A stretch of 63,380 bases of DNA, the filler included, from Reticulomyxa filosa (Eukaryota > Protista > Foraminifera), in assembly GCA_000512085.1 (NCBI GenBank). It is 14 parts of 14 records of this genome, joined end to end, with 100 filler letters (N's around TTAATTAATTAA, not from the genome) between each part and the next. Parts side by side here need not be neighbours in the genome. Positions count along the whole stretch, not along the records: positions 22,314 to 29,445 come from ASPP01024794.1; positions 29,546 to 31,883 come from ASPP01009891.1; positions 31,984 to 34,011 come from ASPP01035507.1; positions 34,112 to 35,583 come from ASPP01009200.1; positions 35,684 to 36,855 come from ASPP01040951.1; positions 36,956 to 44,048 come from ASPP01045102.1; 8 more parts are not named here. One strand, written 5' to 3'. The position numbers and the translations under genes were made by a program. Positions 26,401 to 36,974 of the stretch are shown piece by piece. The first letter of the stretch is position 1; every line of letters begins with the position of its first letter. Under the pieces are notes generated by a model. That model ran no database searches. It saw nothing but the letters and a program-made list of their open reading frames with translations, and was not told the origin of the DNA.

Positions 26401-27652
26401 GTGGCCCAATTTGGTGGATTAGTTTGCGATACTCAAGTCAAAACCATCTGCAAATAAAAAGATTAGGATGATTTAGAAAAATATTGTTTCAAGGCCATAC
26501 CGTCGTTGGAATTGTTTTAAAAGAAAAAAAAAAAAAGGTCGTCTGTCAATATTACTTTATTCATACCCACAAGTAGCGACTTTGCGGGTTCTTAACGTGG
26601 ACTATTTCACATAGTGCGCCTCTCAATGGAAGCTGCTGGATGAATGTGGCAGCGCCAAGCACAGTACCAACAACGATAATGACGATGACCACGAAATACA
26701 GTCCATGTTCATTCTACTTATTTGTCAATTATTTCAATACATTGGACTGGTGTTTTGTGTTCCACAATATTTGGGTGCCAAAGCTGTTGGTGTGTGTGGA
26801 AGAGAGCAAATGTTGTTGCGAATTTATTACAAAAAACAACAAGGCCGTGCCAATCGATAACCGAATCTACAGTTCAAAAGTCGCTCCAGTTGCTGAACGA
26901 AACAAAAGCTTGGATATTTGCAATGTATTGGTGGTGCTAGGTCCTTCTAAGTGCAATATTTAACAATACTTTATGTCAGAAGTCGAGACTCTCTACTATC
27001 TCAACTCTCTCATCTCAAAGACGCCGTCGCTGTGGATACGAGCGAATTGTTCGGTTATCAAAAACTGAACCAATCAAATTCGAAAAGTGGAATGGTCTGC
27101 CGTTGACAAGACCGCTACGAAAAAAGTGATAGCTCTAGGGGAAGAGCCTTTCAATGATACTAGCTTCCACCAAGTCACAGTTTAATTGTTCCAAAATAAC
27201 GGAATACTTGATGTGAAGCATTATCATTGAAACCAATACGCGCATTCCAACACAAGAGTCCAAGATCTTTAAAGGTGTGCAAATGGAAGTTTGCAAGTTG
27301 TTGTTAATATTGCCATTAATGCTGAAGTGAATCCCCAGTAAAAATGATTATGCTAATAGCAACTGTGCATTGGTTATGGATCATGGTATTATGCTTTGAA
27401 TAGTGTATAATTTGAAAAAGAAAAAGTAAAGGTCCAAATCAGTGTAATGTGCTCATGATCGATTGAAGGTGGTGAGCTGCGCAACCTATGCTCCAAGTTA
27501 TAATATTTTTTTATGACGTAATTGGAAAAAACTTAAAATATATATGATGGATACATACGTATATAACATAGGTTTCAAAGAATCAATACATGTCAATCGA
27601 ACATTGGAAAGTGGTGGTTGCAGTGCCAGCAAGAAAGGTGAAGTGAAGTCAA
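23460..27652 (+). pseudogene. Heavily degenerate pseudogene, possibly the C-terminal region of an RNF213/mysterin-like protein
   Basis: Fragments ISAWNAL...LRFPCSNEQG, SLIRQTQSNQFL, LRMVIIQCQC...YFENIHH.MASE.L.K occur in the same order as recalled RNF213 C-terminal motifs; many stops. Confidence 0.35.
24059..27652. repeat. Tandem segmental duplication (copy 1 ~24059-25938, copy 2 ~25939-27652)
   Basis: Both copies begin AAATGAAGAAARAAATACGAATTGTACCATCA and end GAACATTGGAAAGTGGTGGTTGC..; long near-identical blocks, e.g. 24860-24992 vs 26726-26860. Confidence 0.92.
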
Positions 27653-28009
27653 ATAATGCCAAGTTTATGGCATACTCAATTGCAAGTTTTGATAGTTGTT
27701 TGTTTTTGTTCCAATTGCAATTTCTTTTGATTTTTTTAAATAATAATGAAACATCTTCTCCAGCTCACCGATATATTCATCAAATTATACTCACTCTAAA
27801 AAATTTCTGAATTAATATTTTAAATCTAAAAAAAACTTCAAATCAAATCTATGCATATTTTCGTTTCCACTTGTATCTTTGAAAAAACTCTTTGGTAATA
27901 TGCAATAGACTTTTAATATTGCTTAGAGTTAGTGTCAAGAAAAAAAATAAGTGCTCTAAAAGAGCCACGCTTAAGCATCAACCGTAAGAAGTAGGATTGA
28001 CTCTTGCCA

Positions 28010-29432
28010 CTATTCCTGGCAAAAAAGATCTCGGGTAGTATCTTCTTGCTCGTATAAGAGAAAGGAACAATAATTGAAATCATTCATAGTTTTGTTTAAC
28101 AATTGATTGCAATTGTTGCAAGAGAGAGTAAAACATTGCAGGCATTGGATATGAAAATTCATTCGCTTTTTGGTGGTTGGGTGCTCAAATTCTAACAAAT
28201 GAGTGTGTTGTGCATGAAAATCATTTCTGTTTCAATTATATTCATATGCGTTTACAGTAGAGCCAAACAAGAATATTTCAATTTGCAAATCCCAATGTTT
28301 GGGAACTTCGTTTCGACAATAAAGTTTGTCACCCACCACTCCTAGTCCCAAGTACTGGGATTGTAAGCGTATTTGACGTGTTCTTGACGTTTCCATGTCA
28401 CAATTAATATAACAGAGCGCATGTTTTCCTCCATGTTGTGACAATTGATGGAGCAGCTCATCGAGTTTTTTTTCATTTCCTTCAAAGGCTTTAATACATT
28501 CACTGCGATGATTATTGACATATTTCACCACATCGATTTCAAAATTTTCTAACCTTGAAAAAATTGAGCAAACAGGATGATAAGGATTGACAATACGTTT
28601 CAAATTTTTATTGCGTTTTTGTTTTTCTCATCTTTCACGCCAACAATTTTTGTTTAATTTGAGCAAGATCAAAGCATCCCAATTCCACAGTTGTGTCAAG
28701 TGATGCATGAGGACCCAACCAATTTTCTGCAACAATCCAATTTTCGTTAAGAAAATCCTGTTTTGAAAACCGATTTCTTTTCTTTTTGGTGTCACGTGAT
28801 ATACTTTTTTTGTTTTCGAGACGCTTGAGATCAGAGTCCGTGCACCACTGACCGATATTGGCCCAATTCAATCAGTAATTCATCGATCTCATCATCACCA
28901 TATTTGTTGGTAATGTAATTGGGACAGCTAGCGAGAAGCGAGCTTGGTTGCATCAAACTGTAACGAATTTTGTCGGCGTATTGCAATGGTGTGAAGGATC
29001 CATGACAAAGAACAAGACACTCCCTACGCATGAGATTGTTATTGTTAAAGTTGTTCCATTGATCGAGCAATTCTTTGATAGTAAGTAAAGATTTACCAAA
29101 CACCATCAATCCACTCGCTTGACGGTCCATACGATGAACTAATCCTGGTTCATTGTAAAATTGAATGCATTCATGTGAGAAGGCAACATTTGCGCCTGCT
29201 GCTCTAACATCAATGCATTATTTTGGATACACCTGTGCAAATCTGGGACCATTTCCAAAAGTATGTTCATTAATACATTGTCTTGATACTTGTTATTGTT
29301 TTCAGGCAAATGCACACTCATCCCCGGAGGTTTATTTACCACTACTATTTCTTCGTCTTCATAAATAATCAATTCTTCCCGTGACCAATATTTTTCAGAG
29401 TCACTCGTATCTATCAACTTTTTCACCAACAA
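28010..29432 (-). pseudogene. RluA-family pseudouridine synthase, disrupted (pseudogene or error-rich assembly), 5'-partial
   Basis: IIYEDEEIVVVNKPPGMSVH (motif I), PGLVHRMDRQASGL (motif II, catalytic Asp), ETSRTRQIRLQ..LG..VVGDKLY (motif III), LEFEHP; several frameshifts and an in-frame TGA at 28232. Confidence 0.8.
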
Positions 29433-29686
29433 ATAAACAAAGCATNNNNNNNNNNNNNNNNNNNNNNNNNNNNNNNNNNNNNNNNNNNNTTAATTAATTA
29501 ANNNNNNNNNNNNNNNNNNNNNNNNNNNNNNNNNNNNNNNNNNNNAAAAAAAAAAAAAAAAAAAAAAAAAAAGTGGGCAAACAAATGACCAAACGAGGCT
29601 TCAAATGTAAACACAAAATCTGGTCATGATTTGTCCTGGTTATATCATTACAAATGATATAAACAAATAATAAAAAAAAACTTTAG

Positions 29687-30463
29687 CAAACCTCAAACAA
29701 GTTTCAAGGAACGCTGAATCGTTTTAACAATGAATTAAAAAATCGACAAAAACGACACATTGCACTTATCAGAACTGATATGTCACAACAAGATATCGAT
29801 AACTTGGTTAGCGATCCTGCCAAAGCCCAAGACTTTATCCAACAGTCATTTCAAATGGCAGAGCTAGGCGACGGTATGCACATATTTATATGCTTGTGCT
29901 TGTTTTTTTGGATCAGTGCTGCAATGATGCATTGCTATGGTGCGAACAGAAATGCTGGATCGTTTGGCAGAGATTGAGATACGAACGCAAGGAATGCAGA
30001 ATATATACGATAGCTTGGAAGAGCTTCGACAAATGTGGCATGAACTTCATTTCATGGTTAGCGAACAACAAGAGTACTTGGACTCCATTGAAAATAATGT
30101 GCAACAAACAAAAGACTATATTATCCAAGCGACTATGGAACTTCAAAAAGGGCACGAACACCAAAAAAAAACTAGAAAAGTTCAGACATACCTCCTAAAC
30201 TTTGTTACAATACAACAATGGCAAATTACGCTGTATTTTCTTGTGTATTATGTGTATTGTGTGTATATGTGTGTGTTCTACATTACAGACGTGTCATTTA
30301 TTTTTTTTTTTGCATATTTTGAGGGAGGAGTTGTCCACTTATGCATGTACGTTTGTGTTCACAACAGATGCAATTTTTCCTTATTTGTGCTTGCTTGGTT
30401 GTTCTGCTAATCATTCTGGCCGTGCTTGGGGGCTCCGGAATGTTTAATCCCAGTCACGCTTAG
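29687..30463 (+). CDS. Syntaxin (Qa-SNARE), 5'-partial, 3 or more exons
   Basis: SNARE motif LAEIEIR...SLEELRQMWHELHFMVSEQQEYLDSIENNVQQTKDYI..A..EL; final exon 30368-30463 encodes a C-terminal TM (FFLICACLVVLLIILAVL). Confidence 0.88.
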
Positions 30464-30987
30464 CTTTGATCTATCAAACGTTGCCTTTCGATCACAATTC
30501 ATAATTGATCACTCAAAATTTTTTTGAGCTCGGAGGGGGAACGGGAGGGAAAGCAAAGAGGAGTTGCAAACGATTTATTTTTATTGTTTTTGGATGACAG
30601 CAAGAAAAAAAGGGAGGGTAAGGGGAAAGGGTTTACTTGTTTTGAGATTGCAAAAAAAAAAACAAACAAAAGTAAAAGAAAGAAAAACATAATAATAATT
30701 TGGTGGTGTGGCTCGCTGTGTTGCACCAACTACCAAAGTTCTGGGAAATCAATTGAGTTAAAAACTCGCTTCAAACTGACGAAAGTTTTCAGTCTCGGAT
30801 ATATTTCCAAAAAAAAAAATGTAATATTTTCTTTTTCTAGCTTTAATGCAAACACAGCGCAAAAAAAAAAATCACTTCAACTGCAAACAAAATAAATATA
30901 TCCCATATATTAGACAAATATGATAAAGGAAAGAACATCACGACCTTGCTGTTGACGTGAAACATTGAAAAAACTCTCGTTTCTCAA

Positions 30988-31843
30988 ATGTCTATATCAG
31001 TCCAGTCGCAAGATACCCGGTCTGTCACATCAAAATATTATTCAATCTGGGCCGCAAAACGTGCCCTCTCGCCGTTGATAGCGTATGAAATAAACCGTCA
31101 AGATGTGTTAGAGACAATCGACCAGTTGAAGCAAATGGAAGACGATATATTGGCAGTATGGTTGTTGTCGCGGCCAATACTGTCGGGCGTGGCCAAGGGT
31201 AGATTTGAGCATTGGTGTATAAAGATCCACGCAGGCGAAACAATATTGGAATTGGACTTTGGTGAAAAGGATACGCAAGGTGCGTTTGGTCTCCACCACG
31301 ACAACGCCATAGCAGCAGTGTCGCTCGATTGTCTGTGTTATTATCACAGGAACGAGGATAGCGAATACGAGTTGCGTCAGTTCGACGTTGTATCCTCCAT
31401 CACTCCGAAGTTCACCACAAAGGGCGAAGACTATGTGCAAAGAGAGAAGACGCAACATCGAGAAGCGGTGCCCGCGGATAGACAAAAAATGTTTTTGAGT
31501 CAAGCCAAGGACAATGTGATGTTTGTCCCTTTTTGGATTAATCAGTTGCATGAACATACCTTGCAAGAGGCCGAAAAAAACAATGACGATTGTACTTATG
31601 AAGATCAATTGAAACAAGCGAGGAAAGAATTGGTCAGATATTTGACCCTTCCCAAATTCAATCGCAAGCTCTCTGATATCGCCACGTTCTTAGCCCAGTG
31701 GACGCAAAAACACAGTACCTATGATGCCATCTTCAGCAATTGTCAGAGATTTGCCTACGATTTATTCGCTTATTTGGTGGAAGAGGTTCCCAATAAACAG
31801 AATGATGTAAATAATGAACTTCAAAAAGCCCGAAACAGACTCC

Positions 31844-31850
<7 letters not shown>
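30988..31850 (+). CDS. Permuted papain-like (NlpC/P60; LRAT/PPPDE-type H-box/NC) protein, 3'-partial
   Basis: FEHWCIKI (His box) precedes YDAIFSNCQRFAYDL (Y..xxNC motif). Confidence 0.7.
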
Positions 31851-31883
<33 letters not shown>

Positions 31884-33409
31884 NNNNNNNNNNNNNNNNN
31901 NNNNNNNNNNNNNNNNNNNNNNNNNNNTTAATTAATTAANNNNNNNNNNNNNNNNNNNNNNNNNNNNNNNNNNNNNNNNNNNNGCTTTCACTACAAACCT
32001 TGAAGTACATCACTCTACATAGAAAAGTTACATGCTAAACATTGTGTTGATTAAGACATTATTACCACAAATTAAAAATATAATTCAAATAATATATACC
32101 TTCAAATAATAGATCACGTTGCCTTTGTCATTTACTGTGGACGCTGGTAGTATGATTATACTTTAAGATTGGCAGTGCAATTGTGGATATATTCAAATAG
32201 ATAAATTTGCGAAGCCATTCCAAGATTGTTGAGCGAGATCCGGATGTTCATTTTTTTCTGGACGTTAGAGTAATGATGCACTAACTTGACAACGGCGATA
32301 TTAATAAATTGGAAGCCGTGTTCACAAATTGGCTGGTCATGCTCGGTATTTGATTGATCTTCAAATACGATTTTGAAGATAAGACAATAGGACACACTAT
32401 TATCGGATGGAGCCATAATATCATCTGCCACCGAAGAAAGTTTTTTAATGCTTCCAATTCGGTCAAACATGATCGGCAACGGATACGTACAATGTGCCAA
32501 CTATTATATGTTCAAATTATCAATAGCTCTAACGCTTTCACTGGAGTACATTTTTCCGTCAAATCTATACATGTACAGAAATCACAGATTAATTGGAGAT
32601 TATTGGAAAAAAAAAAAGACAAGGTAACTATTTTATCATAATCCACTTCAACTTGTTTGTCTTTCCATTACGCCATGTTCCTTTTGATAACAATATTAAA
32701 AATGTAGGGTTTGTGGCTGCGTGTTTCGATGAGGTATCTTGAAAGCAACGTTCAATTCTCGAGCACGCGAATATCGATTATGTGGAACGCTTCTTCGAGT
32801 CCACAGTGCCATCTTTGTTCAACAACGACGATTCTGGTACATTTTTATCAATGGAGCTGGACAGTACGACTATTGCCACTGGTAGATGTGTTTGTGTGTT
32901 TGTGTTTTTTTTTTTAGCAGACATCACTTTCAGGAATAGCTTGTATGTTGAGTAGCGAGTTCTAGATACTGTCGGAAGCGCATTATTGGTAATTTGAAAT
33001 GCTGACAGATAATATTTATTTATATCCATAGACCATCATCCAAACGACGAAACAATATTTATCATATACACTAATATATTCAATGCGTTGCTGCCAGCAA
33101 AGAAAGTGGAGGAATGATGCAGCTTATTGGAACATAACAATAAAAATGTGCGATGTTGGTTGTATTGTGCTGTCTGGTCGAATGCAATGCTTACTCATTG
33201 ACAATCCTTCACTTTATATCTTCACCACATCTTTCAGATCGCAGTTGAATGAGCCCAATGCAAATTCTATAATATTGTAAGTATGTTATCATATTTTTTG
33301 AATAAAAAAAACAAAAAAACTTAACTATTGCGTTGTCCTCGCACGAGACAACATTCTCCAACAAAAAAATTTAAAATAAATTAAACATTATTATTTTTTC
33401 CTTCTTTTT

Positions 33410-33560
33410 TACTTTTTCATTTCATTTTTTTTCCAATTTTTCTTTCTTTTTTTCTTTCTTTTTTCTTTCTTTTTTCTTTCTTTTTTCTTTCTTTTTTCTT
33501 TTTTCTATTTATTTTTCTTTTTTTCCATTTTCTTTTTCTTTTTTATTATCATCTTTTTTT
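33410..33560. repeat. Pyrimidine-rich low-complexity tract with (TTTTTTCTTTC)n
   Basis: About 5 consecutive 11-bp units at 33440-33500. Confidence 0.75.
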
Positions 33561-34210
33561 TTTTCCATTCTTCATTTTCCACTTTTTTAAAAATTTATTC
33601 TTTTTTTTATTAATACACTTTTAACCCCCTTAAATCTTTTTTCTTCATCCCCATTTGTAACTTTTTTTTCTTCCCAATTTAACTATCTTTTAAAAAATTT
33701 GTTATACCTGATATCTACACACAAACACAAACATAGTTATATTTTATAATTTTTTCAAAGACAAAAAAAGAAATGTTTAACTGCGAGCGAATCCATTCTA
33801 AGTTCAGTTTCTTTTTTTTTTCCTATATACACTTAACAAATTTTGTTTTGTTTTTGGGGGGGGATTGTGAAAACAATAAATAAATATAAATATAAATATA
33901 TAAATGTTTTTTCTTTGAAGGGGGAATTCCTATTACTTCAAAACACAAAACACCACGTTATATAATAAAAGTTTATAAAAGCACACATACAAACATAAAC
34001 ATACTTTTTTTNNNNNNNNNNNNNNNNNNNNNNNNNNNNNNNNNNNNNNNNNNNNTTAATTAATTAANNNNNNNNNNNNNNNNNNNNNNNNNNNNNNNNN
34101 NNNNNNNNNNNAGCCCGCGGCCGCAGGCTGACAGCACGTTCCGGGAGCTGCCCGCGAGGGCAGCCGTTTGATGCAGCAGGCAATAGCCGGCCGGTGCCGG
34201 GGTGGAAAAT

Positions 34211-34624
34211 ATGGTTGGTGTATTACTGATTTCGCATGGCAATCTCGGCCACAGCCTGGCCGAGTGCGCCCGTCATGTCCTGGGCCGGGTGCCTGATAAC
34301 CTGGCCATCATGGGCGTAGAAAAACACGACGACCCCGAGCAGAAGCGGCAGGAAGCACAGGCGCTGATCGACCAGCTGCAACAGGGTGACGGCGTGGTGC
34401 TGCTGACCGACATGGTAGGCGGTACGCCGGCCAACATCACCGGGCGACTGGTGCGGGCCGGCAAGGTCGAGGCCGTGGCAGGGGTGAACCTGCCGATGCT
34501 GGTGCGGGCGTTAAGCTACAGCAGCCAGCCCTTGGAAATCGTGGTCAGCAAGGCCATTACCGGAGGCCTGGAAGGGGTCTTCTATATGCTTCCGGAGGGG
34601 AATCATGCAGAAACAACAAATTGA
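34211..34624 (+). CDS. PTS EIIA component, mannose/fructose/sorbose family (bacterial contig)
   Basis: MVGVLLISHG..., GDGVVLLTDMVGGTPAN, AVAGVNLPML are EIIA-Man signatures; GC-rich, intronless. Confidence 0.95.
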   Translation: MVGVLLISHGNLGHSLAECARHVLGRVPDNLAIMGVEKHDDPEQKRQEAQALIDQLQQGDGVVLLTDMVGGTPANITGRLVRAGKVEAVAGVNLPMLVRALSYSSQPLEIVVSKAITGGLEGVFYMLPEGNHAETTN

Positions 34625-34874
34625 GATCATTAACAAGCTGGGCCTGCACGCGCGGGCGTCCAGCAAATTTACCCAGATTGCCAGCCGTTTCAAGGCCGAG
34701 GTCTGGATTGCCCGTAACGGGCGGCGCGTCAACGGCAAGAGCATCATGGGTGTCATGATGCTGGCAGCGGCCAAAGGCGCCACGGTAGAGCTGGAAACCA
34801 ATGGCGAAGACGAGGATCTGGCCATGGCGGCGTTGGTCGAGCTGATCAACAACCGCTTCGACGAGGCGGAATAA
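34605..34874 (+). CDS. ptsH: Phosphocarrier protein HPr
   Basis: INKLGLHARAS (His15) and VNGKSIMGVMMLAA (Ser46); RBS GGAGGGG upstream; overlaps EIIA by 20 nt. Confidence 0.97.
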   Translation: MQKQQIEIINKLGLHARASSKFTQIASRFKAEVWIARNGRRVNGKSIMGVMMLAAAKGATVELETNGEDEDLAMAALVELINNRFDEAE

Positions 34875-34912
34875 ACGCCCGCGACAATAAATAGACAGAC
34901 AGGGGAGCAAGC

Positions 34913-35583
34913 ATGAGTATCGTGTTGCACGGCGTACCGATTGGCGGCGGGGTGGCCATCGGTCGGGCGCATTTGCTGACGCAGAGCATGGATGACGTGG
35001 TTCATCTGGCGCTGGAAGACAGCGAGATCGCCGCCGAGCAGCAGCGTTTCGACCATGCCGTACGCGAGACCCGCAAGCAACTGGAGCTGCTGTGGGGCAG
35101 CATCCCCGAAAACGCGCCGGCCGAGCTGGGCGCGTTCCTGTCGCTGCACATCATGTTGTTGTCTGATGTCACCATCTCGCGCGACCCGCGCGACCTTATC
35201 GAAAGCCAGCGCTGCAACGCGGAATGGGCGTTGAAGCTGCAGTGCGACACGCTGGTGGAGCAGTTTGACGCCATCGAGGAAGACTACCTGCGCGAGCGCA
35301 AGCACGACGTACTGCAGGTGGTGGAGCGCATCTTCAAGAACCTGGCGGGGCAGAGTACCGACCTGCAGCTGGCCGACGATATGGACGAGGACGCCATTCT
35401 GGTGGCGCACGATCTGTCGCCGGCCGACATGGTGTACTTCAAGGATGCCAACGTCGCCGCGTTTGTGACGGATGTGGGCGGCGCCACCAGCCACACCGCC
35501 ATTCTGGGTCGCAGCCTGGACCTGCCGTCGGTGATCGCGCTGCACCACGCCCGTGAGCTGATCCGCGAAGACGAAATGATCGT
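34913..35583 (+). CDS. ptsI: PTS enzyme I (PEP-protein phosphotransferase), 3'-partial
   Basis: YLRERKHDVLQV, ILVAHDLSPAD, TDVGGATSHTAILGRSL (phospho-His motif); RBS GGGGAG. Confidence 0.97.
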
Positions 35584-36974
35584 NNNNNNNNNNNNNNNNN
35601 NNNNNNNNNNNNNNNNNNNNNNNNNNNTTAATTAATTAANNNNNNNNNNNNNNNNNNNNNNNNNNNNNNNNNNNNNNNNNNNNAGGATAGACAAAGATTG
35701 AAACACACTACCAATGAGAGTTGAGTCAGAATTTCATTTTCATTGCCAACAGTAGTCGCCATTTTTTCAAAACTGTTCATTTTATTCGTAAGCTTCTAGC
35801 TGAAAAAAATTTGAACTTTTTAATGATTTATGAGCCAAATTATTGTATTATTTTTTAAAAAAATTATTTATTATCTCAATGTGAGATCACATACTTCTGT
35901 TCATTTGACCCGTCAGATTTAAAAAAGGAATTACAATTCAAATATAAAGTTGTTCTTGTACCTATGTGTGTATTCTTTCCTCAATAACAAAATAAAAAGG
36001 AAACGACGTTTTTCTGTTCAAATTTATTTTTTTAAAAAAAATTACTACTTCTGATACTTTTTGGTTAGGTTGCGAGAAAATGATGTCTTTTGATCAAGCA
36101 ATGAAAGGCTTCATCGAAATTGCAAAATGATATCAGCACATTTTGAGCCTTGAATTGTCGATAGCTTAAATCCACATTTCCACTGCTATAAATTTTTAAT
36201 TACATAACAAAAATTTGAATACTTCTTCTAATAAAACATAATAATTTTGGAAACGCAGTATTTGTGTTAAATGTACTTTTTTATGTAAGTTTGGAGTGAT
36301 ATTGAACAGAAGTCAAACTTTTGATCCCACTATTTGCTTGTATGTGATATCTGTTTGTCAAAAGATTGAAATAAGAGATCAACATAAACTGTTAAAAGCC
36401 TCTGCTTTAGCATGCGCCTTTTCCTTACTATGCTACACACTTTTCTCACAAAGTTTCAATTTGTTGCCCGTGTGTTGCCATCGCACATTTCACTGCAACA
36501 AACGATTACAATAGAAACAGTCATTTCCTTTACAAATACAATTTGACAAATTTTTTAAATAAAGAATATGCAAATTGAAATAGCTTGCAGTTGGCAATGT
36601 TTTCCATCAGATTGCAAATCGCAAAGGATTAAGAGATATTTTGCATAATGTTACCTCTCAACTTTTTTCACGTAAACTTACTTGTAAGTTTAATGTCAAT
36701 GAATGATTGTAAGGCATGATATTGAAAGAAGTGTTCTTTTACTCGAACATCGTTCACGTACAAAAAAAAAAAAAGTACTTTTTTAAATTTGTGCAAGAAA
36801 GATGAAGTTACTTTTGTTTTCAACCTTTTTTTGGAATTGACTGTTCTTGTCATTCNNNNNNNNNNNNNNNNNNNNNNNNNNNNNNNNNNNNNNNNNNNNT
36901 TAATTAATTAANNNNNNNNNNNNNNNNNNNNNNNNNNNNNNNNNNNNNNNNNNNNTTTTTTTTTTTAAAAAAAG

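Noticed and set aside
34511-35548. 345-aa minus-strand ORF
   Set aside because: Antisense shadow of ptsH/ptsI in GC-rich DNA.
34112-35583. Horizontal transfer of a PTS operon into the eukaryote genome
   Set aside because: No junction with host DNA, no amelioration, bacterial RBS and gene overlap; contamination or an associated bacterium is simpler.
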